Shown here: one piece after another, positions 25,986 to 37,777 of the stretch
Layout: every line of letters starts with the position of its first letter
Numbering within the stretch: position 1 is the stretch's first letter
Assembly (NCBI RefSeq): GCF_964194155.1
Contig: NC_135884.1
Coordinates: 60,636,001 to 60,700,000, forward strand
Direction of reading: 5' to 3'
DNA from: Cetorhinus maximus
Taxonomy: Eukaryota
Length of the DNA stretch: 64,000 nucleotides
The notes under the pieces: generated by a model
Database searches by the model: none
Seen by the model: the letters and a program-made list of their open reading frames with translations, nothing else
Told to the model about the DNA's origin: nothing
Position numbers and translations under genes: made by a program

Positions 25986-27369
25986 TGATGGGGTGGATAG
26001 GACCTGGGTTTCTGGCCCATTTTCCTTTCATCCTTCCTTGTTCCCTGTGCTCCCTGGAACCAACGGTTGAACCATGGCAACTGGTCCAGGATGGTAGCCC
26101 CATATGCTCCACGAGGAGGAAGAGAACCTTGTAAAAAAACACCAGTCTCACCAAATCACTGCAATATCCTATCCACTGGAGGCTTCAGGCTGGTACAAGG
26201 CCTCAACTCAATGCTTTGGTCTAACAGCCCTCTTCTGCTGTAGCAATGGCAGCAACATCTCTATCTCCATTGGTATCACCAGCAGGCTTCCACTTGCTGG
26301 CAGGGCTATGTTCCTATGACCCCGATCCAGGGAATGGTGTTTACTGTCCCTCGTGCCAGACAAATCTCATATAAATTCCAGTCACAGTCTCCCACCATGA
26401 CAGAGGTTATGAGCCCTTGCAGTGTCTGTTCAATGAAACAAGTATTTTTCCCCCTCTATTGTTATTGATATGGATTCATATCCTTTTGGAAGTTAGCCTT
26501 ATAATGTAGCTCATTGGTAGTTTGAGAGGATGGCAGGGTCGTTATTGTGGGTGCATCACAATTGGCTACTAATTTTTACCACTGCTAATAAAATTGCATT
26601 ATTGGAGAGTGCAGATTTTGAAAAAAATATTTTCCTGTGATTACATTCACAGTTCATTCATCTTAACTCAATGGAAATTTTTGGCCTTTTTTGGGGGCGT
26701 AGGAGTGGAAATTTTGACCAGACGCTTTTCAAAACCTGTTCACCTCATCTGTAAATAGGATTTAGGTTTGGTTACTTTATTAGGAGTGCTTCTTCTAAAA
26801 CCTAGGCTAGAAAAATAGCCTCCAACTCCCAGATAAGAATGCCTGGAGAACAAATCCTGTTATCCAAGCCTCTTTGCTACTGCAGCACACAATGGCTATT
26901 AATTGTTAATGTTGATGCGTAACATCTGCTTGATGTGACTAGAGTTTTAACTGGCAAATAACCTACATTATTTTTCAATCTGTTAATAGCATTATGTCTA
27001 TAGTGCTAGGATATTATCTGACTGCCTTTGTTAGCTTTTGAAACTCAGTCCTGTTGAATTTGATGGGTGTTGTGCAGGGGTGAAGATGATGATTGGGAAA
27101 CAAAAGCTTTAGAAGAGAAAAAGATTGCAATCTGCTAGCAAAGCAGATTTTGATCTTGTTTAAAATAAAAAGGAATACACTAAGTTTAGCCAGTACTTAG
27201 TAAAGACGTATTTTTAAACATCTGATCCCTTCTCCGTGCACTTATTTTTTTGCAAGCTGCAGATATTAGTCTCGTTTATTGGGAATGTTCCGGCAAGCTT
27301 CTGACGCTCAAGATAATATACAGTTCAGTCAAAATAAATAATTGGGTTGAACTTTCAGAGTTTAGGGAA

Positions 27370-27780
27370 TGGCACAAACATTCACTCTCTCTACCACTGA
27401 TGAACAGTGGCAGCAGTGTGTACCATCTACAAGATGCATTGCAGAAACTCACCAAGGATCCATAGGCAGTGCCTTCCAAACCCACAACTGCTACCATCTA
27501 AAGGACAAAGGCACCCGATACATGGGAACACCACCACCTGGAGGTTCAACTCCAAGCCACTCACTAGCCTGATTTGGTAATATATCACCGTTCCTTCACT
27601 GTCGCTGGGTCAAAATCCAGGAACTCCCTCCCTAACAGCACTGTGGGTGTACCTACACCACATGGACTGCAGAGGTTCAAGGAGGCAAGTCACCACACCC
27701 CTTTAGAAGGGCAATTAGGGATAGGCAATAAATGCTGGCCTAGCCAGCGAAGCTCACATCCTGTAAATGAATTTTAAAAA
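27370..27780 (+). mobile_element. LINE family B 3' end
   Basis: cagtggcagcagtgtgtaccatctacaagatgca..gggcaattagggataggcaataaatgctggcctagccagc. Confidence 0.9.
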
Positions 27781-27911
27781 TTAAATAGGACATGACTTGT
27801 AATATAAATTTTATCAGCAAATGAATTATTCTGAAAATTTGCCTTTTGTAAATATTGCTAGAATAGGATAACACTTCCCATGTTGAAATGCTTCCTTTAT
27901 ATTCTTCCAGG

Positions 27912-28050
27912 GGAGTCACTGGCTCGGCCAACATTTATTGCCCATTCCTAATTGCCCTTGTGAAGGTGGAAGTGGGCTGCCTTCTTGAACCGCTACATTC
28001 CATGTGGTGTAAGTACACCCACAGTGCTGTTAGGAAGGGTGTTTCCAGGA
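27912..28050 (-). mobile_element. LINE family B 3' tail (inverted relative to 27370-27780)
   Basis: ggccaacatttattgcccattcctaattgcccttg..cacagtgctgttaggaaggg. Confidence 0.85.
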
Positions 28051-29069
28051 AATGGTCTATTGGTTTTAATGTTATTCTTGTCATGACCCACTTCACCTTC
28101 TCCACCTGCCATGGCACCTGCAATATATAATGCAGCAAAGTGCTAAAGTGGTATTCTTGGAGAAGGACCTCTCACATTGCGAACCAGCTCAGTGATTTTA
28201 TTCATTGATAGGACAGTATCATGCAGCAGATAAACTAATAAATTGGTTGAAAGGTTTCATGGTGATTAAAGGAACAAACACAGTGTGATACATTGACCGA
28301 GGTTGACTTGAATTGTTAGCAGTGTAAATATTTATTCTGGCATTTGCTTTCCTGACAAATGCATTTGCTGCTGTGGCAGTAGATTATCTGTCCCTCAGCA
28401 GGCTGGTTAATCTGCTCTTCTTTAGCTTGAAGCCAGGGTTCTCAGCAGGGTCTCCAGGATGTTGTTCTGAGCATTATTGATGTGGCAGTTCCAGCGTAGC
28501 TCACCGATCATGTGCGGTGTGTTAATATGCTGCTTGGCTGAGAATGTTCAACTGCATTGGTCATATAACTCATTAATTGCTCTACCTCAATTAAACAGCA
28601 AAGTTGTCGTCAAAGCTTTGTAAACAAAGAAATGGTTTTCTCTCAAAGATCATTCATAGATTTGGCCAACATTTTGCGGGACATTATAACCAAATATTTT
28701 GATCCTGACTTCACTCAACAACAGGACATTTGTTCTTTGAGGCCATGTTTTCATGCTCTACAGCAACCATTTCAAATTCACCCTGACAGTATGAAAATGG
28801 CAATGCAATAAAGAGACACTACATATGTTAGAGATTTCACAATTAAAGGGAAAGTGCATTCTACTGATTTGCCTCTCAGTGCTCAACATTATAAAGGGAG
28901 ATGTCCGTGTGGTGCTCAGTAACCTTTTGTTCCTGTTTTATGCTTTAGATGTGTTGATTTGAGGCGACTTAAGAATAAATATTTTAGAACTGTTGCTTAG
29001 AGGAGCCTTGGAGCAGAGTTGTGGAAACTTCCCTCATGTGATGGCATGAAGTCTACCTGGTTTATTATG

Positions 29070-29615
29070 GAATTATTTTGTTACTTCAGAGCATCTCAAT
29101 GTATTCTTTTGCCAAAGTAAAAAAAATCCCAACATTCTCAGCTTTCCTTCATAACTTCAATTCTTGGAACCTGTCATCTGGTTACTCACCTCTGTGTACT
29201 CTCAATGGTGATCATATCCTTTGTGTGATTATGTGCTCAGAACTGCACTCTACATGGGATCTGACCACCTAATATAGTAACACTCCAAACGTTTATGATT
29301 TGTACTCTGGTTCCACAAATATAACCTGGTTCTTTACTTACCATCTTCACTGCAATGAAGCACAAGCCCAACAGTTCTAATAGGAAGAAGGGTCCTATGG
29401 ACTCGAAACGTTAACCCTGTTTCTCTGTCCACAGATGCTGCTGAGTTTTTCCAGCATTTTATGTTTTTATTCCAACAATTCTAATGATCTACCTAGGATG
29501 AACTCAGCTTCCTGATCAGCACTCACTAGCACTGTTCAACGTAATACATCCATCCATTCAGTTCCTTCTCTCCATATTAGTTGCTTTACATTTGCACACA
29601 TTGGATCAATTTCCA
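29070..29615 (-). mobile_element. Old CR1 fragment hosting a Penelope tail insertion
   Basis: Decayed antisense of SYEERL..LGLFSL (29100-29170) and DLGV (29490-29500) regions. Confidence 0.5.
29382..29471 (+). mobile_element. 90-bp Penelope 3'-tail insertion with truncated hammerhead motif
   Basis: gaagggtcctatggactcgaaacgttaac..cagatgctgctgagtttttccagcatttt; flanked by ccaacagttctaat (29368-29381) / ccaacaattctaat (29472-29485). Confidence 0.85.
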
Positions 29616-29624
29616 ATCTTTTGT

Positions 29625-30020
29625 TACTTGTTCATGGATTGTGGGCATGACTGGCAAGGCCAGCATTTATTCCCCATCCCTAATTGCCCTTGAGAAGGTG
29701 GTGGTGAGCTGCATGTTTGAATTGCTGCAGTCCATGTAGGTATACCCACAGGGCTCTTTGGAAGGGAGCTCCAGAATTTTGACCCAGTGACAGCGAAGGA
29801 ATGATATAGATCTAAGTCAGGATGGTGTGTGACTTGGAGTGGAACTTGCAGTGGGCAAAGTTCCCATGTGACTGCTGTCCATTGTCCTTCTAGGTGATAG
29901 AGGTGATGGGTTTGGAAGGTGCAATTGAATGAGGCTTGGTGAGTTGCTGCAGTGCATCTTGTAGTTCAATCACAATGCTGCCACTGTGCATTTATGTTGA
30001 AGGTTGTGGATGTGGTGCTG
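29625..30020 (-). mobile_element. LINE family B 3' end
   Basis: ggccagcatttattccccatccctaattgcccttgagaaggtggtggtgagctgc; matches 5870-6270. Confidence 0.9.
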
Positions 30021-30799
30021 CAGTAATTTCATGTCTCAGGTGTTGATGTGGAACAACTTTGTGCAAGGCTTTTGTTAAAAATCCCAGTATGTAACCTCAG
30101 CTGCCTATTTATGACTTGCATGTTGGTAAGGGGGGACAATTTTCATGACCTTAGCCTGGCAGCAGTTGGTTGCCAGCTGAACTGACCAATTCATTCCCAG
30201 TGGACCTGCTGCTATTCCCATTGGGACCTTCACATGTGCAGCCCTGGGCTCCACTTGTTTCAGCTACTTGAAATATACAAATTTGTGTCCTGCGATTTAC
30301 ATAGGACCCTAAAGACAATTTCCAATGAGTGTTGGATGTACCAAATGTACTAAGCCTATGGTACTTGGCATTGAGCAGCTACCAGTGCCCCTTAAAGGGT
30401 ATGTTTGTAAGTTTCCTTTAAAATTTGTCTTTGGTTTTACAGTTCCCTAATTTAGGGGCTGTGTTTATTTTGTTCCTGATTTTGTTAATTTAGTTTATTT
30501 GGTGGACTCCAAAAGAGTTGAAGGGTAAGTTGCAGGCTGCCCTAAAGCCATATAAGTTTCTGTTTCCCTGCTGCTTTTTGTGGGGTTGGAAGGAGTTAAA
30601 TATTGCTCTTGGTTCCAAAATATCTTACCTCACTTGCTAGCCTGATGTATACCCAATGAAATATTGGCCCCAATTTATTTAAATGCAGCTTAGTGAAGTG
30701 TGACTTCCCTTTCCTGACTCCAATCGGAATATTCTATAACACTATTTCCTTTTTTAAATGTTTAATTATTGGATATCTCAAAATAATTTTGAAAGTGCT

Positions 30800-33700
30800 T
30801 TCATAAGGTCATAAGAAATGGGAGGTAGAGTAGGCCATTCGAGCCTGCTCCGCCATTCAGTAAGATCATTGCTGATTTGATTGTGGACTTAACTCCACTT
30901 CCTGCCTGCCCCCCTATACCCTTGACTACCTTGTAGGTCAAAAATCTGTCCAGCTCAGCAATGGATATATTTATTGACCCAGCCTCCACTGATCTCTGTG
31001 GAAAGGAATTCCAAAGACTAACAGCCTTCTGAGCGAAGAAATTCCTCATCATTCCTGTCTTAAATGGGAGACCACTTATTTTTAAACTGTGCCCCCTAGT
31101 TCTAGATTCCCCGTGATGGGAAACATCCTTTCAGCATTTACCCTGTCAAAACCCCTCTGAATCACCTCCAATTCCTCTAACCTCCAATGATTAAAGGCCC
31201 AGCCTGCTGAACCTTTCCTCATATGACAACACCTTCTCTATTTAAATAATATCTTGCTTTTCTATTCTTCCTGACAAATTGGACAACCTCACATTTTCCC
31301 ACATTATACTGCATCCCCCAAATTTTTGCCCATTGACTCAATGTATCTATATTGCTTTGCAGAATCTTTGTATCCTCCTCACAACTTGCTTTCCTACCTA
31401 TCTTTGTACTTGCAGCAAATTTGGCTACAAAACAGTGTCCCTTCAGCTAAGTCATTATTATAGACTGTAAATAGTTGAGGCCCCAAACTGGTGCCCATGC
31501 ACTTCGCTAGTTACAGTTTCCAAATGTACCATTTATTCCGACTTTCTGTTTATCTTAGTTAGACAATCCTCTATCCATGCTAATATATTACCCCCAGAAA
31601 TAGATGAGCTCTTATCTTGTGCAGTAAGCTTTTACGTGATGCTTTATCGTATGCCTTTCGGAAATCCAAATACATTACATCTACTGCTTCCCCTTTATCC
31701 ACGCTGCTTGTTACTTCTTCAAAAAACTCTAATAAATGTGTCAAAAACTATTTCCTTTTCACAAAACCAAGTTGACTCTGCCTATCTGTATTTAATTTTC
31801 AAAATGTCCTGCTACTTCCTCTTTAATGATGGATTCTACTATTTGCCCAATGACAAATGATAGCCTAACTGGCCTATAGTTTCTTGCTCTCTGTCTCCCT
31901 CCTTCCTTGAACACAGGTGTTACATCTGTGGTTTTCCAATCTGCTGGAACTTTTCCGGAATGTTGGGAATTTTGGAAGATTACAGTCAATGCATCCACTA
32001 TCTCTGCAGCCAGTACTTTTAATACCCTAGGATGCAGGCCATCAAGTCCAGGGGCTTACCAGCCTTTAGTCCCATTAGTTTTCCTGGTATTTTTTCTCCA
32101 GTGATTGTGTTCCTCCCATCCTTTTGCACCTTGTTTTTTCTAATATTATCTTCAGCTGTTTAATTAATGACCCTCCTTCCATCATAAGGTCAGAAGTGGG
32201 GATGTTCGCAGATGATTGCACAATGTTCACCATTTGCGAGTCCTCAGATGCTGAAGCAGTCGATGTCCAAAAGCATCAAGACCTGGACAATATCCAGGCA
32301 TGGGCTGACAAGTGGCAAGTAATATTTGCGCGACACAGGTGTCAGGTAATGACCATTTAACCATTGCCCCTTGACATTCAATGGCATTACTATCATTGAA
32401 TCCCCCGCTATCAACATCCTGGGGGTTACCGTTGACCAGAAACTGAACTGGACCAGCCATATAAATACTGTGGCTACAAGGGCAGGTCATTGGCTAGGAA
32501 TCCTGCGATGAGTAACTCACCTCCTGACTCCCCAAAGCCTGTCAACCATCTACAAGGCACAAGTCATGAGTGTGATGGAATACTCTCTTCTTGCCTGGAT
32601 GAGTCCAGCTCCAACAACATTCAAGATGCTTGACACTATCGAGGACAAAACAGCCCGTTTGATTGGCAACCCATCCAAAAACACTCACTCCCTCCGCCAC
32701 ACATAGTGGCAGCAGTGTGTACCATCTACAAGATGCACTGCAGGAATTCACCAAGATGCCTCAACAGCATCTTCCAAACTCATGACCACTACTATGTAGA
32801 AGGACAAGGGAAGCAGACACATGGGAACACCATCACCTGGAGGTTCCCACCCAGCAACTCACCACCCTGACTTGGAAGTATATTGCCATTCCTTTAGTGT
32901 CACTGGGTAAAAATCCTGGAACTCCCTCCCTAACAGCACTATGGGTGTACCTGTACCACATGGACTGTAGCGGTTCAAGAAGGCAGCTCACCACCACCTT
33001 CTCAAAGGCAATTAGGGATGGGCAATAAATGCTGGCCTGGCCAGCAATGCCTATGCCCCATGAATGAATTAAAATGTACATTCTTGGAATCTTTAGATCT
33101 CTTCTAAGTGAAGACAGATACAAAATATTTGTCCAAAGACTGACATTTCCATCTTTCCCATTATTAATTTCCCAGTCTCACCCTCTAAGGGACCAACATT
33201 TACTTTAGCTACTCTTTTCCTTTTTATATTGCTTGCTAATTTTCTCCCAGAAGCCAATTTCTACCTCTTTGTTTTTTTTTTCAGTCATCCTTTGTAAAAA
33301 CTTTCTCACCTCCTGGGCTATCATTAATCTTTGCATGGTTGTACATCTTTTATTTCAATTTGATGCCATCCTTAATTTCCTTAGTTAACCATGAATGGTG
33401 CATCCTTCTCATAGTCTTTCTTTCTCAATGGAATATATCTTTGTTAAATGTTATGAAATATCTCCTTAAATTTCTGTGTTCCATCCAGTGTTCCATCCAA
33501 ATTTTTGTTCCTCCAGTGTTTTACCCTTTAGCTATTTTTCCATTCCACTTTAGCTAACCCTGCCTTCATTTCCTTGTACTTGCCTTTATTTAAGTTTAAG
33601 ACTCTAATTTCAGACCCACATTTCTTACCTTCAAACTGAATGTGAAATTCTACCATGTTATGATCACATCTTACCTAGACGATCCTTTACTACGAGGTCA

Positions 33701-34625
33701 TTAATCAATCCAGTCTCATTAAACATTGCCAGGTCTAAAATGGCCTGTTCCCTGCTAGATTCCAGAATATATTGTTCAAAGAAACTGTTTGAAATACACT
33801 CGATGAACTCATCCTCCAGGCTACTGTTGCCAACTTGATTAGTCCAATTTATATGAAGATTAAAATCTCCCATGATTATTTTTCTTACTTTTCTTACAAG
33901 CCCCCATTATTTCTTGATATATATTCTGCCCAATACAGTAGTTCCTGTCACAAGCCTATAAACTATAAACCAGTGACTTCTTTCCTTAGCTGTTTCTTAT
34001 CTCCACCCAAATTGATTCTACATCTTGATTCCCTGAACCAAGTTCTTTTCTCACTTCTGTACTGATCTCATCCTTTAATAATGGAGTTACCCCACCTCCT
34101 TTTCCTTTCTTCCAAAATGGCAAATACCCTTGAATATTCAGGCCACAACTGTGGTCACTTTGCAACATGTTTCTGTGATGGCTATCATATCATACCATTT
34201 ATTTCTATTTGTGCTGTCTACTCATCCATCTTGTTATGAATGCTACTTGCATTCAGATAAAGGGCCTTAAACTCTGTCTTTTTACCAATTTCCCTTCTCT
34301 GACTTTGGTTGCTGTTGCGCTCTTATCTTTGTTCACCCTGTTCCTTCCTGTCACACTCTGGTTATTATTACCCACATCACTATCCTTGGACATTGCCTTG
34401 TCCTTACTGTTTAACTTTCCAAATCTCCCCTCACGTGAACCCTCCTCCCCCATCACTGCCATCCCTACAGCCCTAGTTATACAATTCGCCAGGACAATGG
34501 TCCCAGGGCGGTTCAGGTGAAGGTTGTGCCAATGGTACTACTCCCTCTTTCCCACTACTGGTGCCAGCTCCTCTTGAATTGAAACCCATTTCTCCTGCAC
34601 AAGTCTTTGAGTTACGTATTCAAGT
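30800..34625 (-). mobile_element. Long decayed CR1 LINE (family A): ORF1 esterase remnant, endonuclease, RT, 3' tail
   Basis: ORF1 SGNH-like remnant 34480-34625 (L..LCRRNGFQF..LHLNR.GT.VLA); APE motifs GGGV (33986-34168), MGDFN and ILDL (33664-33873); NYRPVRL (31792-31998); 3' tail at 30800. Confidence 0.92.
32147..33075 (+). mobile_element. LINE family B 3' part nested in the CR1
   Basis: IFSCLINDPPSIIRSEVGMFADDC..; full 3' tail ending catgaatgaattaaaa; host CR1 sequence resumes on both sides. Confidence 0.92.
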
Positions 34626-36654
34626 CTCAAAAACCCGTTTGATGTGGGTAAGTGAGTTTTTGATGGCATAACATCCTCTTTCCTTTTTATGAATATCTTT
34701 CACTAAAGCTCGAAGAATCATTAGTATATAGTTTTCGCATGGATCTTGGTATCCTCATTTAAAGAATCAGCTTAATATTAGGTACTTTACAGTTTCTCGC
34801 CCCCCTCTTCTGAATTTAATGAACCCATTTGCTCAGTTCACTTTGGACTGGGTTCAGTCCAAGGTCTCCCAGAGTTGAAAGCACAGTGCACTAAATCCCA
34901 TTCACAACCAATCACTATTAAATTGCTGTAAGCCTGTTGTAGTATGTAGATCACTAAAATTTCATCACGTTTGAAATTGTTATTTTTCATGGAGGAAATG
35001 AAACAAAGTGCCTCCCAGAGAAAGAAAGAAAGGGAAGGGATTTTGGAGAAGTTAACTTGCAATGTTCTGGTAATTTTGCTAGCATGTTTGGGTCTCAGCA
35101 GTTGAACACTGGAGCAGATTTCTGACTTCAGAAATTATGCATGACAAACAGGGAACTAACAATGGGAAAGGGAGTAGAAAATAAACAAACCTGCAAATTG
35201 CGGCACTAGGTTTCAAGCACTCATGGGGTGGGGAAGGAAGCAACTAGCCAGGGTGTTCCACTGTTAAAATCATAATACAACCTTCCGGAACGTGTGCCGA
35301 TGAGGATTTCATTTGAAGACTGGATTAGCCAAGGTCCACTTACAATGACTGTTCATGCTCACCCAGAGAGTGACCACTTGGGCAAGACATTGGAGGCCTG
35401 TATTAGCTCTGGAAACTAACTCAGCAAGAGTCAGCGAAGAAGGAAGAATGGGGTAGTGGCGAAAGCTGTACTCTTGATGAATCTGAGAGGGTGGGAATAT
35501 TAGACATGAAAGAATCGAAGTCATAAGCATGAACAGTAAGAGAAAATGAATGAGCTACAAGAATTTGATTTTGTTTGTTCTTGTCAACTCAATATCTCAT
35601 CTCATGCCTCAGTGAATTCCACCCAGGTAAATTAAATTAAATGGGGTCATGTATGCAGTGAGCACTTCCGCACATCTACCAGCCATCAATCCCTTGGTTC
35701 CATCCATCATTCACAGCATCCTTCAATGACTAAAGACCTTACTACTATCAAACATTATCATAGATTTAAACGAGCCAGGTTTATACTTGCTGTTGTAGAA
35801 CAGATGTCATGATCTTTCTGGTAGCTACGTAGTCAATGTGACCAGAAAACATGCTTCTCTTCACTTGCTGAAGGAGACTCATTATTGGGGCTTCTTTTTA
35901 AAAACTCTTACAGGAGATTGATTAACTTCTTAATGGCCTTGCTTATTTCTGGGAGAGATTTCTGTCTTCCAGTGCTCTTGCCTAAAGAAGGAAAGCTGAG
36001 ACAAGCTATCAATATGAGGGAGCTAAATTAACATGGCTAGAGATTCAGTGAGTAACTTATAGTTCATACTAGATTATGAAGCCAGCAGAATTTCAGTGAC
36101 CAATATCTGAGCATGGAGTTTATTCCATTTAGTGAGGGAGCAAAAGTTGATTTTTAATGAATAAAGTCACAACTAGACTATGTGAATCCAGTTCCCTGGG
36201 AAAAATTCTACATTCGAGAGCTAAACATTATGCATTTAGCACAAATATGAAAGGTACTATTTTCTACCTGTGGGTATAAAAGTGTTGTTGCTATTATGAA
36301 GGATGTCTGTGCTGAGGGATGGAAAAGTTTCACGCTTTATGTATCCTGTAATGATATAGAGAGATCCAATCTTAGTACGCTGAAGGTTAGGTGCAGGGAA
36401 TATGCAAATGCTCTCTTCAACAGTGTCCTTAGCCCAAATCTGTGCCTGGCAGCATTGCACTTCAAGACCATACCTACCATAGATTGCTCAAATTGGCCTA
36501 ACAAGAACTAACAAGACCTGTCAAGTTTGCTTCATTATACAAATGTTTTATTATTATGATTTAAATCAATGCAAACTACAGTAAGTATAAATACTACTTC
36601 AATTTAATTCAGAACTTTGCTCAATATATTTTAGCGAAGAGCAATGAGACTACT

Positions 36655-36945
36655 AATCAGTCAATCCATTGTTGATGGTGTTGATTGAGAGAAAATATTG
36701 TCCAGGGTACCAGGAGAACTCCCATGCTCTTTATTTGATAGTCCCATGTGATATTTTGTAGCCACTTGAAAGGGCAGATGGGGTCATTCTTTAATGTCTC
36801 ATCTGAAAGGCAGCATCTCCAACAGTGCAGCACCCCCTGGGTACTGCACTAAAATGTTGGCCTAAATTATATGTTCCAGTCTTTGGAATGGGACTTGAAC
36901 ATAGCACTTTTGGACTCAGAGGCAAGAATGCACTCATTTAGCCAG
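36655..36945 (-). mobile_element. Deu-domain SINE, partial
   Basis: ttgattgagagaaaatattgtcc..ttaatgtctcatctgaaaggcagcatctccaacagtgcagcac..gggacttgaac..ctcagaggcaagaatgc. Confidence 0.75.
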
Positions 36946-37349
36946 GACTAATGAACAATTGTTTTTCGGAATGCAGGTGGTATAAACCTGATTTTAAAAA
37001 GCTTCAAATTAGTCAAGCTTAATTTACAATTCTATTTCTGGATGAAAGACTGGCAGTTTACATTAGCAAGGTTACTGCAATCTTTCTGGGTTTCTCTCTA
37101 AGTTCACTAAGATTGGTCAATGATCTGCTTGTCGTTGGCTTCAAAGTGAAGCTAGAGGAGAATAAAATCTGGTGTCTGCAGCTGTCTTGTAGATTTAGGT
37201 ACAAGTCCAGCTGTGAAATGTGAGGGTCAGCTGTGGGGCATGATGTTCTTGTTTAGACAGCTGTAAGAAATCTTGAGGGATTTGGAAACTTAAGATACAC
37301 CTGCTGAATTTAACATCTGATGCTACACAGCCAAGCTCTCATGAAAAGA

Positions 37350-37777
37350 AAATCTTGCATTTATATAGCGCCTTTCATGACCACCGGACATGTCAAAGCG
37401 CTTTACAGCTAATGAAGTAATTTTGAGGCTCAGACATTCTTGTAATTTAGGAAGTGCTGCAGCCAATTAGTGCACAGCAAGCTCCCACAAACAGCAATAT
37501 GATAACAACCAGATAATCTGTTTATGATGTTGATTGAAGAATAAATATTGGTCAGGACACCCATGCTGTTCTTTGAAATAATGTCATGGGATCTTTTACA
37601 TCGACCCCAGAGAGCAGTCAGGGCCTGTGTTTAACATCTCAGCTAAAAGATGGCACCTCTGACAGTGCACTGCAGTGGAGTCAGCCTGGATTTTGTGTGC
37701 TCAAGTCTCTGGAGTGGGTATTGAACCTAAAACCTTCTGGGACAGAGGCGAGAGTGCTACCCACTGAGCCATGGCTG
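37350..37777 (-). mobile_element. Near full-length Deu-domain SINE (SacSINE1-like)
   Basis: tRNA-like head (rev: gccatggctcagtgggtagcactctcgcctctg..ggttcaa), Deu body, tail gcgctatataaatgcaag. Confidence 0.88.

Noticed and set aside
25400-26350. Further Harbinger transposase remnant
   Set aside because: GC-richer and repeat-like, but motifs could not be recovered convincingly by eye
37700-37777. tRNA gene (also 15758-15820 and 61320-61405)
   Set aside because: SINE heads with A/B boxes that continue into SINE bodies, without a complete cloverleaf
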